From contig JBMNOG010000008.1 in the NCBI GenBank assembly GCA_050942955.1, positions 1-59,842 of the forward strand: DNA of 59,842 bases. Direction: 5' to 3'. The translations under genes and the position numbers were made by a program. Origin of the DNA: Patescibacteria group bacterium (GTDB lineage: Bacteria > Patescibacteriota > Microgenomatia > UBA1400 > UBA1449). Shown here one piece after another: positions 1 to 10,245 of this stretch; the first letter of the stretch is position 1, and each line of letters opens with the position of its first letter. The notes under the pieces are model-generated. The model was not told the DNA's origin, did no database searches, and was given only the letters and a program-made list of their open reading frames with translations.

Positions 1-3000
1 CTAAAAAATAATGAATTTGCAGAGCATCTCCAAAAGGAGCAGAAGAACATCTTCCTGCTTATTACTGGCCCAATTTCAGGCCCTTTTAAGTACTTCTTAA
101 AACTAAAAAGACGAATTTCTTCATTTTATGAAAATCTTCCAGATAAATGGAAAAAAAGAGTGTACATAGGGTTCAAGTTTGGAAAAGATAGCGGCGAGAA
201 CCTAGTTAGAAAGGACTTGGAAAAAATTTCGATGACAGAGCTATACCAAGCTTCTGATTTGGTTTTTCTACTTAGCTCAACCGAGGGCCGGGGATTGCCG
301 ATTATTGAGAGTGCTGCAGCTGGTGTACCACTTTTGGTAACGAAATTCGAACCAAAACAAACCTTTGAGGAAGTTTCTGAGGACTTGTGGGCTTTTGTAT
401 GGGAGTACAAAAAGAAGAAACAGGTGATACAAGCAGTTGTTCCCTATATTCTTGATAGTGATGCTCGAATCCGGCTTGCAAGTAAAAACCAGGCCGTAGT
501 AAAAAAGCGCTTTAGCTACAAAGTTTTAGAGGATCAACTGTTGTATATTCTTAAAAAATCGTGGAGACATACCAATCATGAGGCAGAAGCAAAAAGGCTA
601 GCACACCAGGAAATCAGCACCTTACTTAAGCAACGAAAGAACTCCCTTAAAGATCTGGTATACGATAAAAACAGAACATATATTCCTGGCTACAACCCTT
701 TGGGGTTCATGTTTTGCATCAAATCCTTGAATGAACCCTCGTTTTTCCGCCAGGAATATCTAGATCTTAGAAGCAGATTATTTTGTTTCGGAAATACATT
801 TGTAGATCGTGTCAAAGTCAATCCTAAAAAACGGTATTTATTTTACAAAGCACTAGAAACTATGCTGACTCTTACAAGGGGAAAAGAGAAGATAATTGTG
901 GATCATAGTTTCATTTTCCGTTTTAGGACAGACAAGCACTTTCTCTACTATCAGTTAACCGAGCAGGAGCTGAAAGGGGCTATAGTTTTGTTGGCCAGGA
1001 ATGTGTTTGGTAAGGACTTTGATTCATTTAAGCTTTCAGGAAGCAAAAGGAGACAAATTGACACCTCCCTAGAAAAGCTAAAAGCACTTTCTGAACAAAA
1101 TAATGAATGGGAAGATATGGTGAGATGTTTGTTCCCTGAGGTAAAGCCAGCAAGTTTAAGGCTTCTCCGAAGAGAGCTATACAATAAGCCCAGACCTATT
1201 ATTTTCTTTTTAGGACCTCTTGATAGAGTACCTTTATATCTGAAAGTGTTTGTAGAAGTGGTTTTATCACACTGGCTTGCAAAGGATAAGAAAGCAACCT
1301 CACAACTAAGAATTTATCTTGTAGTTAATAAGAATCCCTTTTTCAACTCAACTACTGTCCAGGATGTTAATGAGATTCTGGAAAGAAAAGAGTTTAGGTT
1401 TTTTAAAAAATATGTGAAAACCGGTATTGTTTCTATTCTTTCTGAATCTACCCATACTCAGGGTTTTAACTGTTATGGAGCAAGTAGTAGGCTCAAAAAA
1501 ATCGTTAGCAAGATAAAAACAGACAAAGGTTTAGCGCTTAGCAGTGGTGAAGATATGTTTGTAACTCTTGATCTGCTTGATTTACCCAGCTTCAGGTTTG
1601 GTACAGCAGAAACAGCCATGTTTTGCAGGTACACTGGTTTACCTCAAGGCAAGTCTTTTATTCAGTATATGCCTGCAGGGATCCGTCCGGTTTTGAACTA
1701 TCCCTATCCAACTCAGCAGGTAACTGAGTTTGAGAGTTTTGTCTGTAAGCATGCTGACAAAAGTGAATCTTTTTGGGAAAAAGTTAAAATTAGACAAGAC
1801 GAAACAGGAGAAAGCTTGAATAGTTCTATTAACTTTATTTTGAATAACAACAGTTATGAAAAGAAGAGCTCTATTCTATGTGGAAAAATCGCTGGGAAAT
1901 ATGAATCAGGAATGCCCTGGACTGCAGCTTACTTCAAAGTAAACTATCCTACTTTAAGAGAACAACATGACGAGCTCCAGTTTCACCTTCTGGAAAGCGA
2001 CAAGAAAAAAAAGCAGTCAATTTTAGAATTGATTTGTCAGTTTGAAAGAGAAAACAAGAAAAAAGTAGTGTGCGGAATGAATGGTGGTTTTATTCTTAAT
2101 AACGAGCTGGTAGGCAAGCTCGGTCTGTCTTCAGATTTTCTTGGTGTTCCTCTTGGGTTAACAATTACTCAAGGGAAGGTGAAAAGTCTGCCTTTGTTTA
2201 ACCGCCCGGCACTAATCTTTACCTCTAAAGGTAAGGTTTTCACTGACAGGATTAGCCTTCCTCCTGGAAAGATGTGGGTAACTTCCAGTCCCAAGCAATC
2301 TCTTTTGGTCTGGAGCGAAAAGCAGATTAATTCTACAAATCTTAAGATTTCAGAGGAAGTGGTAGTTTACACTTTGCAACATGATGCTAAGGTGTCAACA
2401 AAAAACAGGGTGTTGGTTGTTATTTGCGGGAACAAAGTTGCGTCAATATACATACCGCGCTTTAGAAGTATGTCAAAGGAGTATAAGAGCTTGTTGCCTG
2501 TAGGAATTACGTTCTCTTTCCCTAAAAAGCTATTTGAAAAAAAATATTCCCAATACTATAAAGTAGGCCAAACAGTTGGATTTGAACTTGAGCTTGAAAA
2601 GAAATGGGGAAGTATTGAAGAAGCTATTGAAGCCGGACCACTACTTATAAAAGAAGGTCAGATTGCTATTGATATGGAAATTGAGGGTTGGAAGACAAAA
2701 CATTCTTTAAAAACCCAGGCTAACCGTTTAGATAAACTTAATCTGCAAGGACCAAAGATTGGTCTTGGTATGACGAAGACTGGTGACATAATTGGTGTTT
2801 CGGTTGAAGGAAGGATTCGCGAGAGTGTTGGGGCAACATACCCACAGCTGGCTGAAATTCTTCTCTCCATGGGTGCATGGGAAGGTCTTGCGTTTGATCC
2901 TGGAGGCTCAGCTTCCCTATACGCTAACGGGAATTTGCTTAATCTTTCTCCGTATGATCCTAACTTTGACCGTTTAGTCTACTTTGGCTCTTCCCAGCCA

Positions 3001-3045
3001 CGGGGGATAGGTAACGCATTTATCCTAAGTAGAAACAAGAAATAA
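1..3045 (+). CDS. Large fusion protein, 5'-truncated: GT4-type glycosyltransferase C-terminal region + unknown middle + phosphodiester glycosidase (NAGPA-like) domain
   Basis: Frame is open from base 1, so the start lies outside the window. GT-B E-x7-E motif EGRGLPIIESAAAGVP; C-terminal MNGGF, EAGPLLIKEG, VEGR, AFDPGGS. Confidence 0.7.
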   Translation, partial: LKNNEFAEHLQKEQKNIFLLITGPISGPFKYFLKLKRRISSFYENLPDKWKKRVYIGFKFGKDSGENLVRKDLEKISMTELYQASDLVFLLSSTEGRGLPIIESAAAGVPLLVTKFEPKQTFEEVSEDLWAFVWEYKKKKQVIQAVVPYILDSDARIRLASKNQAVVKKRFSYKVLEDQLLYILKKSWRHTNHEAEAKRLAHQEISTLLKQRKNSLKDLVYDKNRTYIPGYNPLGFMFCIKSLNEPSFFRQEYLDLRSRLFCFGNTFVDRVKVNPKKRYLFYKALETMLTLTRGKEKIIVDHSFIFRFRTDKHFLYYQLTEQELKGAIVLLARNVFGKDFDSFKLSGSKRRQIDTSLEKLKALSEQNNEWEDMVRCLFPEVKPASLRLLRRELYNKPRPIIFFLGPLDRVPLYLKVFVEVVLSHWLAKDKKATSQLRIYLVVNKNPFFNSTTVQDVNEILERKEFRFFKKYVKTGIVSILSESTHTQGFNCYGASSRLKKIVSKIKTDKGLALSSGEDMFVTLDLLDLPSFRFGTAETAMFCRYTGLPQGKSFIQYMPAGIRPVLNYPYPTQQVTEFESFVCKHADKSESFWEKVKIRQDETGESLNSSINFILNNNSYEKKSSILCGKIAGKYESGMPWTAAYFKVNYPTLREQHDELQFHLLESDKKKKQSILELICQFERENKKKVVCGMNGGFILNNELVGKLGLSSDFLGVPLGLTITQGKVKSLPLFNRPALIFTSKGKVFTDRISLPPGKMWVTSSPKQSLLVWSEKQINSTNLKISEEVVVYTLQHDAKVSTKNRVLVVICGNKVASIYIPRFRSMSKEYKSLLPVGITFSFPKKLFEKKYSQYYKVGQTVGFELELEKKWGSIEEAIEAGPLLIKEGQIAIDMEIEGWKTKHSLKTQANRLDKLNLQGPKIGLGMTKTGDIIGVSVEGRIRESVGATYPQLAEILLSMGAWEGLAFDPGGSASLYANGNLLNLSPYDPNFDRLVYFGSSQPRGIGNAFILSRNKK

Positions 3046-3149
3046 CTAGATATTTGTATTTGAAAATTTCTTTTGCATTCTTACCTGTTAGAGTATAATA
3101 ACTGCAAGCTTACAAAAGAAAATAGCCACTATTTTGACAAGGAGATTGT

Positions 3150-4604
3150 ATGGCACAACCATTATCCGAGCTTCGCAATATACGGCTCAAAAAATTACAG
3201 GAGTTGGTGAATGAAGGAGTTAATCCCTATCCGGCTAAAGCCAAGCGCACCCACAACATAAAAACTGCGTTAAGCTCTTTAAATGAGGAAGTGGTAATTG
3301 TTGGTAGAGTTCGAGCTTTAAGAGGTCATGGTAATCTCTTTTTTATGGATGTAGAGGACAGTTCTGGGAAAATGCAAATAATGGTACGGAAAAACAATAT
3401 TTCTCCTAACGAATTTGACGTGGTGAAGAAATTGGATATTGGAGATTTTCTTTCTGCGGGAGGAAAAGTTTTTGAGACAAAAACCGGAGAAATTACCGTT
3501 GATGTGACATCGATTCAACTACTTTCAAAATCCCTTAGACCCTTACCCGACTCCTGGTATGGACTAAAAGATGCAGAAGCCCGCTACAGGCGACGGTACA
3601 TTGACATGATCTTAAATCCGGAAGTTAAGGAGAAAATCATTACTAGAAGCAAGATTATTCAAAAAATCCGTGAATTTCTGCTTAAAGAGGGTTTTGTAGA
3701 GGTAGAAACTCCTACTTTGGAAACTAATGCTTCAGGAGCTTTAGCCAGTCCCTTTACAACGCATATTAAAGCCTATGACATGGATCTTTTTCTTAGAATT
3801 TGCATGGGTGAGCTTTGGCAGAAAAAGTTGATGGTGGCCGGATTTGAAAAGACGTTTGAGATTGGCAGAGCCTTCAGAAATGAAGGTGTAGACCGTGAAC
3901 ACAACCCGGAATTTACTATGCTTGAGTACTACATGGCGTATGCAGACTATGAAGCTAATATGGAGATGCAGGAAAGACTAGTTGGGTATGTAGTGAAAGA
4001 AGCTACGGGAAATTATAAAGTAACAGTAGGTGACAAGGAGATTGATTTTACTCCTCCGTATCCCCGTAAAAAATTCAGGGAAGTAATTTTGGAACAGACC
4101 AAGACTGATATTGATGCGTATGAAACTCTGGAAGATCTTCAGAAAGCTCTTAAAAACTATGGTTTTAAGATTGACCCAAATTGGGGCAGAGGGCATCTTA
4201 TTGATGAGTTTTATAAAGAGTATGTCCGTCCGTATTTGCTCGGGCCGCTCTTTTTAACACATCATCCCAAAGATCTTAAACCTCTGGCTAAAGAAGACCC
4301 GGATTATCCGGGATACACCCAGAGTTTTCAGTTGATTGCCAATGGTTTTGAGCTTTCCAACAATTATTCAGAGCTTAATGATCCTATTGACCAAGCAGAG
4401 AGATTTGCCAGCCAGAAGGCTTTGGCAAAAGCCGGAGATGATGAAACTATGACAAGCGATGAAGAGTTTATAGAGGCATTGGAGTACGGTATGCCTCCCG
4501 TATCAGGAACAGGCATCGGTATAGACCGATTGGTTGCTTTACTGACCAACTCTCATCACATCCGTGAGGTCATTGCCTTTCCGCTTATGAAGCCAAAGGA
4601 GTAG
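3150..4604 (+). CDS. lysS: Lysine--tRNA ligase (class II)
   Basis: OB-fold N-terminus; FRNEGVDREHNPEF; YGMPPVSGTGIGIDRL; SD AAGGAG. Confidence 0.97.
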   Translation: MAQPLSELRNIRLKKLQELVNEGVNPYPAKAKRTHNIKTALSSLNEEVVIVGRVRALRGHGNLFFMDVEDSSGKMQIMVRKNNISPNEFDVVKKLDIGDFLSAGGKVFETKTGEITVDVTSIQLLSKSLRPLPDSWYGLKDAEARYRRRYIDMILNPEVKEKIITRSKIIQKIREFLLKEGFVEVETPTLETNASGALASPFTTHIKAYDMDLFLRICMGELWQKKLMVAGFEKTFEIGRAFRNEGVDREHNPEFTMLEYYMAYADYEANMEMQERLVGYVVKEATGNYKVTVGDKEIDFTPPYPRKKFREVILEQTKTDIDAYETLEDLQKALKNYGFKIDPNWGRGHLIDEFYKEYVRPYLLGPLFLTHHPKDLKPLAKEDPDYPGYTQSFQLIANGFELSNNYSELNDPIDQAERFASQKALAKAGDDETMTSDEEFIEALEYGMPPVSGTGIGIDRLVALLTNSHHIREVIAFPLMKPKE

Positions 4605-4753
4605 GTAAAAGCTCTCTGGTTTTCTCTGTCAAATTACTCTCAAAAACTTCCGGATAGAGTTGTAATTCCTAGCAGCTTTTTGAACAATTCTAGCGTAAAA
4701 GATTACAGTATGCGCATATGCTATGCATTTATTTTTTCTAAAAATTAAATACA

Positions 4754-5314
4754 ATGCAATGTATGCCGTACCAAGGTCCTGTCACTACTTCCCATACGTT
4801 GCTGTGGCCAAAGATAATTAAAGCAAAACCTCAGGATGCATATGCAGTGCAAGCCCTTAAGCAGGAGGTTTGGTTAGCTACTTATCCTAATTTACAAAAA
4901 GAAGTTGGCTTTCAAGATGTATATAACAAAGCTGTGCAGTTTACGACTGTTAGAAGGGTTATGGCTATAGCAGAACAATTAACGAGTAATACGGATAAAG
5001 TAAGTTATGTTATTAGAGAAGGTTCGGAAGTAGTTGGGTTAATTCATATTTCTACTTCAGCACTAACTAATAGACTTATTAAATTGTATATCAAGCCTCG
5101 TTGGCAGGGGAAAGGCTTGGGAAAGCGGCTGATGAACTTTGCTCTTAAGAAAATGAAGAATGGCAAACCAATTACCCTTTCAGTTGCGAGGGCTAACACC
5201 CGAGCTGTGAGGTTTTACCAAAAATATGGATTTACAATTGCAGGCGAAGGCAAGCCAATTTTCTTCTCTAAAAATGCCAGCCTACCTACCTATGAAATGA
5301 TAAAAAGGGAGTAG
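4754..5314 (+). CDS. GNAT family N-acetyltransferase
   Basis: LYIKPRWQGKGLGKRL (motif A) and NTRAVRFYQKYGF. Confidence 0.85.
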   Translation: MQCMPYQGPVTTSHTLLWPKIIKAKPQDAYAVQALKQEVWLATYPNLQKEVGFQDVYNKAVQFTTVRRVMAIAEQLTSNTDKVSYVIREGSEVVGLIHISTSALTNRLIKLYIKPRWQGKGLGKRLMNFALKKMKNGKPITLSVARANTRAVRFYQKYGFTIAGEGKPIFFSKNASLPTYEMIKRE

Positions 5315-5316
5315 GT

Positions 5317-6198
5317 TTACTTCTTTTTTCCAAACCACTTATCCCACAGGACCAGTAGCGGGGCGGCAACAAAAGTTGAGGAGTATGTTCCGGAAACTGT
5401 GCCAACCAGCAGTGCCAAAACAAACCAGCGGATAGTTTCACCGCCTAAAAGATAAAGGGCTAAGAGCATAAAAACAATGGTCATGGAGTTGTTAACTGAT
5501 CTCCCCAGAGTCTCATTTATAGCTTTGTTAACTACAGCCTGATAGGGAACTTTAGGTAAAGAGCGCAACGACTCTCGGATACGGTCATAAACAACAATTG
5601 TGTCATGAACAGAAAAAGACAAAATTGTTAAGAGTGCAGTCATAAAAAGCGTATCCACTTCCACATTATAAAAATGACCAAGCAAGGAAAAACCCCCAAA
5701 GACAATTAGAGTATCGTGAAACATAGCTAGAATAGCGCAGATGCCGTACTTTTTATCACTGAATTGTTTCCAAACGAAAAGAAGGATAGTTGCTGAAGCT
5801 ACACCTAATGCTACCAAAGCTTTTCTAAGCATTTCCGAACCCAAGGTTGGTCCCAAAGTTTCAAAACGCTTTTCCGAAACTTGAGCAGAAACACTTGCAA
5901 CTTTCTGCTGAAGAATAGTGCTTGTTTCCTGGTCAAAAGGGCTGGCTTGGAGAAGATACGTGTTACTTCCGGAAAGGCGCACTGAAGCTACTTCAATCCC
6001 AATCTCCTTTGCTAACTCTTCAAGTTTGTCTTTGTTAAAACCCTGCTCATTTGGCTCTACAGCAACCTCAAGTAGTGTTCCTCCGGTAAAATCAATAGAA
6101 GGATTAACTCCCCATCTAACTAGAGAGTAAGCCCCGGGAGCAATAGCAAGAGCTGAGATAATAAAATAGACCCAGTAATATTTCATGAACTTGATCAT
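5317..6198 (-). CDS. secF: Protein translocase subunit SecF
   Basis: SIDFTGGT, SVHDTIVVYDRIRE, six TM segments; downstream of secD. Confidence 0.96.
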   Translation of the reverse strand: MIKFMKYYWVYFIISALAIAPGAYSLVRWGVNPSIDFTGGTLLEVAVEPNEQGFNKDKLEELAKEIGIEVASVRLSGSNTYLLQASPFDQETSTILQQKVASVSAQVSEKRFETLGPTLGSEMLRKALVALGVASATILLFVWKQFSDKKYGICAILAMFHDTLIVFGGFSLLGHFYNVEVDTLFMTALLTILSFSVHDTIVVYDRIRESLRSLPKVPYQAVVNKAINETLGRSVNNSMTIVFMLLALYLLGGETIRWFVLALLVGTVSGTYSSTFVAAPLLVLWDKWFGKKK

Positions 6199-6199
6199 A

Positions 6200-7561
6200 T
6201 TAATTTTCCTTACCTTTATAGAGAACTTTGAGTAATGTTCTGGTAACTACGATTCCGGTGAACAAACTGATTAGAACTCCAAGAAGAAGGGTTAGAGCAA
6301 AGCCCCGGACCATCCCCGAAGTTACCAGCCAGGAGAAGTTAAGTGGATTGAGAAGAATTAATGCTGTTAGAATTGTAGCTAAGTTCGCGTCCTTAATGCT
6401 GTCCCAGGCTTTGCCAAATCCCAGTTCCATAGCTACTCTCCAATTGCGACCGCTGCGGATTTCTTCCTTCATTCTTTCAAAGATTAAAATATTTGAGTCA
6501 ACGGCCATACCCACGGAGAGAATGAAGCCAGCGATTCCGGGTAAAGATAAAGTAATGGGGATTAACTTATAAACACTGAGAGTAATCAGGCCGTAAATTA
6601 TAAGAGCAATATCGGCAATGAGACCTAGGCGGCCGTAATAAATTGCCATGAAAGCCATGACTGTTCCCAAACCAATAGCTCCAGCAATAACGCTTTTATT
6701 TATTGATTCTTCTCCTAAGCTTGGGCCGACGGTGCGCTGTTCAATAATTTTTACCGGCACAGGTAAAGCTCCGGCATTGAGTTGAATAGCCAAAGACTTC
6801 GCTTCTTCAGTAGTGAAGGTTCCTGATATAACTGCTTCTCCTGTGGTAATAGCCTCATTTACAATGGGGGCGGTTATTGGGGTTTCATCAAGGAAAATCG
6901 CCAGAGGCCTGCCAATATTGTTTTGGGTTATTTGGGCAAACTTATCTTTTCCATCTCCTGTAAACCGTAAACCTACACTTGGTCCAGCACTTATACCTTC
7001 ACTGTTAAACTGAACACTCGCCCTTTTTAAGTCTTTGCCGGTCAAACCTGTGCTAGTGTACGCATATATGGGGACACTGCTTGGAGTTGCATCCCTCATC
7101 TCTTCAGGAATTTGCCTGAAATCAAGTTGAGCAGTAGTGCCGATAAGGGCTACTGCTTCTTCAATATTCTGCATGCCTGGAAGTTCTGCTGAAATGCGGT
7201 ACTCGTCATTAACTTTAACTGTTTGAATAACTGGTTCAGTTACTCCATACAAGTCTACTCTGCGGCTAATAATTTCTTTAACCGATTCAAGTGCCGCCTG
7301 GCGGTCTTCTTCAGAAACGTTGGACATATCTGCTTGAAGGATTAGTTGTGTCCCGCCTTGGAGATCAAGGCCTTTTTGAATATCTAAGCTGCGGTAAAAC
7401 TTAAATTTTCCCAGCTGGATATTTATTTCAGGAGATGAAATAGTAAAGTCTACATTTTTTCCCAAAGCAGAAAACTTAATAGGTAGATTTTTCGGAAGAG
7501 AAACAATGCCAGCAACTAAAGCTAAAAGTAGTATCAGAACGAATTTTGTGCGTAAATTCAT
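6200..7561 (-). CDS. secD: Protein translocase subunit SecD
   Basis: GLDLQGG, LNAGALPVP, GMAVDSNILIFERMKEE. Confidence 0.96.
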   Translation of the reverse strand: MNLRTKFVLILLLALVAGIVSLPKNLPIKFSALGKNVDFTISSPEINIQLGKFKFYRSLDIQKGLDLQGGTQLILQADMSNVSEEDRQAALESVKEIISRRVDLYGVTEPVIQTVKVNDEYRISAELPGMQNIEEAVALIGTTAQLDFRQIPEEMRDATPSSVPIYAYTSTGLTGKDLKRASVQFNSEGISAGPSVGLRFTGDGKDKFAQITQNNIGRPLAIFLDETPITAPIVNEAITTGEAVISGTFTTEEAKSLAIQLNAGALPVPVKIIEQRTVGPSLGEESINKSVIAGAIGLGTVMAFMAIYYGRLGLIADIALIIYGLITLSVYKLIPITLSLPGIAGFILSVGMAVDSNILIFERMKEEIRSGRNWRVAMELGFGKAWDSIKDANLATILTALILLNPLNFSWLVTSGMVRGFALTLLLGVLISLFTGIVVTRTLLKVLYKGKEN

Positions 7562-7617
7562 ACACTACATTGTAATAAGAATGGGTTTTTGAGCAAGTAG
7601 TAAAGCAGACAGGAAAC

Positions 7618-8199
7618 CTAAGAAACTAATTCCTCTTCATCGCCGAGAAGCATGATACGCGAACCCATGAGAATTTGGACAATAAACGGATCACGCCTCT
7701 TTTTCCGGAAATCAAACTCGTCTCTTGTCATAACAGAGTAGTTAATTTCCCTCTGAAGCTCACTTTCAAATTGAGAAACAACTGAGGTAAGTTGAGGGAT
7801 AACCACATCCCCAACTATGAGTAGGTCTACATCAGTTTCGCTGTGGGGGCGGTGACGGACAAACTTACCTGAAAGTAAAGCAAACTTAATTTTTCCAATT
7901 CGGTTTCTTTCCTTAATAATAGCTTTTCCAAGACCAGTACTTTTTGCGATTAACTGCAGTAATTCAAAGTAGTAAAGATAGTTCTTTCTGAAGCTGTAGT
8001 AAAGGCGGTTACCTCTTTTTTCTTTTTTAACCATGCCTTTATCTTCCATGTTCTGTAGTTCTCTTCTTACAGCATTAATTTCTTCATTAGTCTTTCTAAC
8101 CAGCTCCCTTACATAAAAAATTTTTGCTGGATCTTCGAGTAGAATTTTGAGGAGTTTAACTCTGACACGAGAAACCATGAAATCTTGAAGTGATGCCAT
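7618..8199 (-). CDS. Winged-HTH + minimal nucleotidyltransferase-like domain protein (putative regulator)
   Basis: HTH YVRELVRKTNEEINAVRREL; NTase-like LLSGKF...TDVDLLIVG. Confidence 0.7.
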   Translation of the reverse strand: MASLQDFMVSRVRVKLLKILLEDPAKIFYVRELVRKTNEEINAVRRELQNMEDKGMVKKEKRGNRLYYSFRKNYLYYFELLQLIAKSTGLGKAIIKERNRIGKIKFALLSGKFVRHRPHSETDVDLLIVGDVVIPQLTSVVSQFESELQREINYSVMTRDEFDFRKKRRDPFIVQILMGSRIMLLGDEEELVS

Positions 8200-8231
8200 A
8201 AGTAAATTGATTAGAATAGTAACTAATTCAG

Positions 8232-8272
8232 ATTATAGCATACTGAGTATTTTTTGTGCGCATAAAAATACT
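8232..8272 (-). promoter_or_regulatory. Extended -10 promoter (TGcTATAAT) with an upstream 27-bp near-palindrome, candidate operator
   Basis: -10 at 8232-8237; AGTATTTTTTGTGCGCATAAAAATACT at 8246-8272 covers the -35 position. Confidence 0.45.
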
Positions 8273-8275
8273 AAC

Positions 8276-8303
8276 AAAAAGCCCCTGCAAAAAGCAAGGG
8301 CTT
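8276..8303 (-). terminator. Intrinsic terminator after the DUF3048 gene
   Basis: Stem AAGCCCTTGC/GCAGGGGCTT followed by a U-tract on the minus strand. Confidence 0.7.
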
Positions 8304-8323
8304 AAAATTTTAACAAGACCACC

Positions 8324-9559
8324 TTAATAGTCCAGAGTTTTATTTCCTAAAGGAAGGTTACTGATCCAGATCTTTCCGGGAACAAACTCAATTTCTTTGC
8401 CACTTTTATCAAAATATTTGGTTCTGGAAGTTCTGGTTGCTTTAGACCAGGTAATTTCTTCAGCATTCCCATTCTGGAACAACACCCCTTCACCTTTACC
8501 AATGAGATCATAAACCAAATGGATGTTGTCAGGATATCCATCATTGGCCTTACTTTCGCGTGAGTACATAACTACTACATTTGAAACGGCAATTTGTTCA
8601 TCTACATTCAAATCTTTATGAGGCTGGCCGGCATTATTTCTTAAGTATACCTTCTTCTGAGGATCGTAGATCCAACTGACTGAGTAGTCTCCTGCAGGGG
8701 AATTACTCCAGAAGTCGTACTCTATTTGAGTAATAGCTCCCTCTTCTAAGCTGCCTTTTTCAGAAAAATTCCAAGGAACAAAATCCTCGTTCCAAGCTAC
8801 ACCTTCTTCATCAACATCATTCCAGCCGCGGGCTTTAGCAACTGCCCATAATCTCTCACTCGTAGAATACATAGTGTGTTCCGTAGCCACAGTTCTTCCC
8901 AGACGCTCGTAATCACGCCAGAAAGTCGGATAGCCAATAGAGAATTGGTTTAAGTCGTTGCCAGTGGCTCCACCCCAGCCGTACCGTTCGATTTGACCTA
9001 AAGCATCAGCTTTGCTTGTACCCCCTGGACAGCCGTGGTTACAGTTAGCTCCGCCAACATGCGCATAGAGCGGATTATTGCCATACTCGGAAGCCCATTC
9101 AAGGAAAAAAGAACGTGCACTTCGAATAGGACCTATGATAACTTCATGGGATTGGGCGTCGCAGTAAAACACTCCCATAAATCGGGTAATACCGCCTTCA
9201 GCAACAGTTTCATAAACAATGTCAGCGCTTGACAAACCTGATTGAGGCCTGGATTCTTCATGGTTTTCAACCATAACCAGAAGTGGTCGGCGTTTCTCCC
9301 AAGCTTTGCGTTCTTCGGCTGTGTACTTTGCCCCATTGAGAGGGCACACTTCAGTTTTTGGTCCACTTATATCAAGCAGAAGCTTGAATTTTGACTCTTT
9401 CTGCTCTTCGTTTGCATCTTCTATCTCTTTTCCTTCCGGACTTAAGAACTCCAATCTAGGAGGAGAAACAACATATGTAAAAACTGCAAAAGACACTCCG
9501 GTTGAAAAAAGGTAGAGTCCTAAAAAAGCCAAAATGCCAACAATAATGTTTTTTTTCAT
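8324..9559 (-). CDS. DUF3048 (YerB-like) membrane-anchored protein
   Basis: RPLLVMVEN, RPQSGLSSADIVYE..AEGGITRF, IGPIRSAR; N-terminal TM. Confidence 0.88.
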   Translation of the reverse strand: MKKNIIVGILAFLGLYLFSTGVSFAVFTYVVSPPRLEFLSPEGKEIEDANEEQKESKFKLLLDISGPKTEVCPLNGAKYTAEERKAWEKRRPLLVMVENHEESRPQSGLSSADIVYETVAEGGITRFMGVFYCDAQSHEVIIGPIRSARSFFLEWASEYGNNPLYAHVGGANCNHGCPGGTSKADALGQIERYGWGGATGNDLNQFSIGYPTFWRDYERLGRTVATEHTMYSTSERLWAVAKARGWNDVDEEGVAWNEDFVPWNFSEKGSLEEGAITQIEYDFWSNSPAGDYSVSWIYDPQKKVYLRNNAGQPHKDLNVDEQIAVSNVVVMYSRESKANDGYPDNIHLVYDLIGKGEGVLFQNGNAEEITWSKATRTSRTKYFDKSGKEIEFVPGKIWISNLPLGNKTLDY

Positions 9560-9668
9560 ATTGAAAACTGAAAACTAGTAGCCCGATTAAAGATGTCCAC
9601 CAGCTGTCAGTATGCTTAAAAAGAAGGATAGTAACTTACTAGCAAACCCTAAAAGTGTATCATGATTT

Positions 9669-10154
9669 TTAAATCTGTGCATGCTGCGCATGCGTAACCA
9701 CTGCCTCTTCTTCTTTAGAGAGAGGAAACTCTTTTCCCTTGCCTGAAACAACTTGTTTTGCGTAAAGGCGGGTAATGTCCCGACTGTGAAGACAGGAAAA
9801 AACCACTCCATTTTTATGGCTATCTAGAAGTGATAAAGCAAAACTCTGTTCTCCTCCTGTATCTCCAAATGGATTAAAACGTTTAAACCCAACGTACTGT
9901 AAATGAAGTTTGCCGGCTTTTTCTAGGGCTGCAATGCTGTTGCTCAAGACTCCGATCTGTTTTTGATTGTCTTTTTGAATTTTCACAATCTCATCAAGAG
10001 CTTCCTGTAAGCTGCTTTTATTTGTTTTTTTAGTGAGGTTATTATAATGGCGTTTTAAGTTAAACAGCAAAACCGAGAGAACTCCCAGCCAAAAAGAGCC
10101 GAGAAATGAAGTGATGAGTATAAGTGAGGTTGGAGCTGTAAAATCAAAAGACAT
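9669..10154 (-). CDS. DUF4446 family protein
   Basis: RFNPFGDTGGEQSFALSLLD...LSKEE; N-terminal TM. Confidence 0.88.
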   Translation of the reverse strand: MSFDFTAPTSLILITSFLGSFWLGVLSVLLFNLKRHYNNLTKKTNKSSLQEALDEIVKIQKDNQKQIGVLSNSIAALEKAGKLHLQYVGFKRFNPFGDTGGEQSFALSLLDSHKNGVVFSCLHSRDITRLYAKQVVSGKGKEFPLSKEEEAVVTHAQHAQI

Positions 10155-10245
10155 ACACCTTTATTGTAGAGAGATGTTTAGTTTCTTGTCAAACTGAGGT
10201 GATGTGGTAGCATGGAAATATCTTTACAATATTTTTAAATCCTTT

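Noticed and set aside
3046-3149. Possible T-box or lysine riboswitch before lysS
   Set aside because: The leader is only about 45 nt after TATAAT and has no UGGNACC bulge or terminator.
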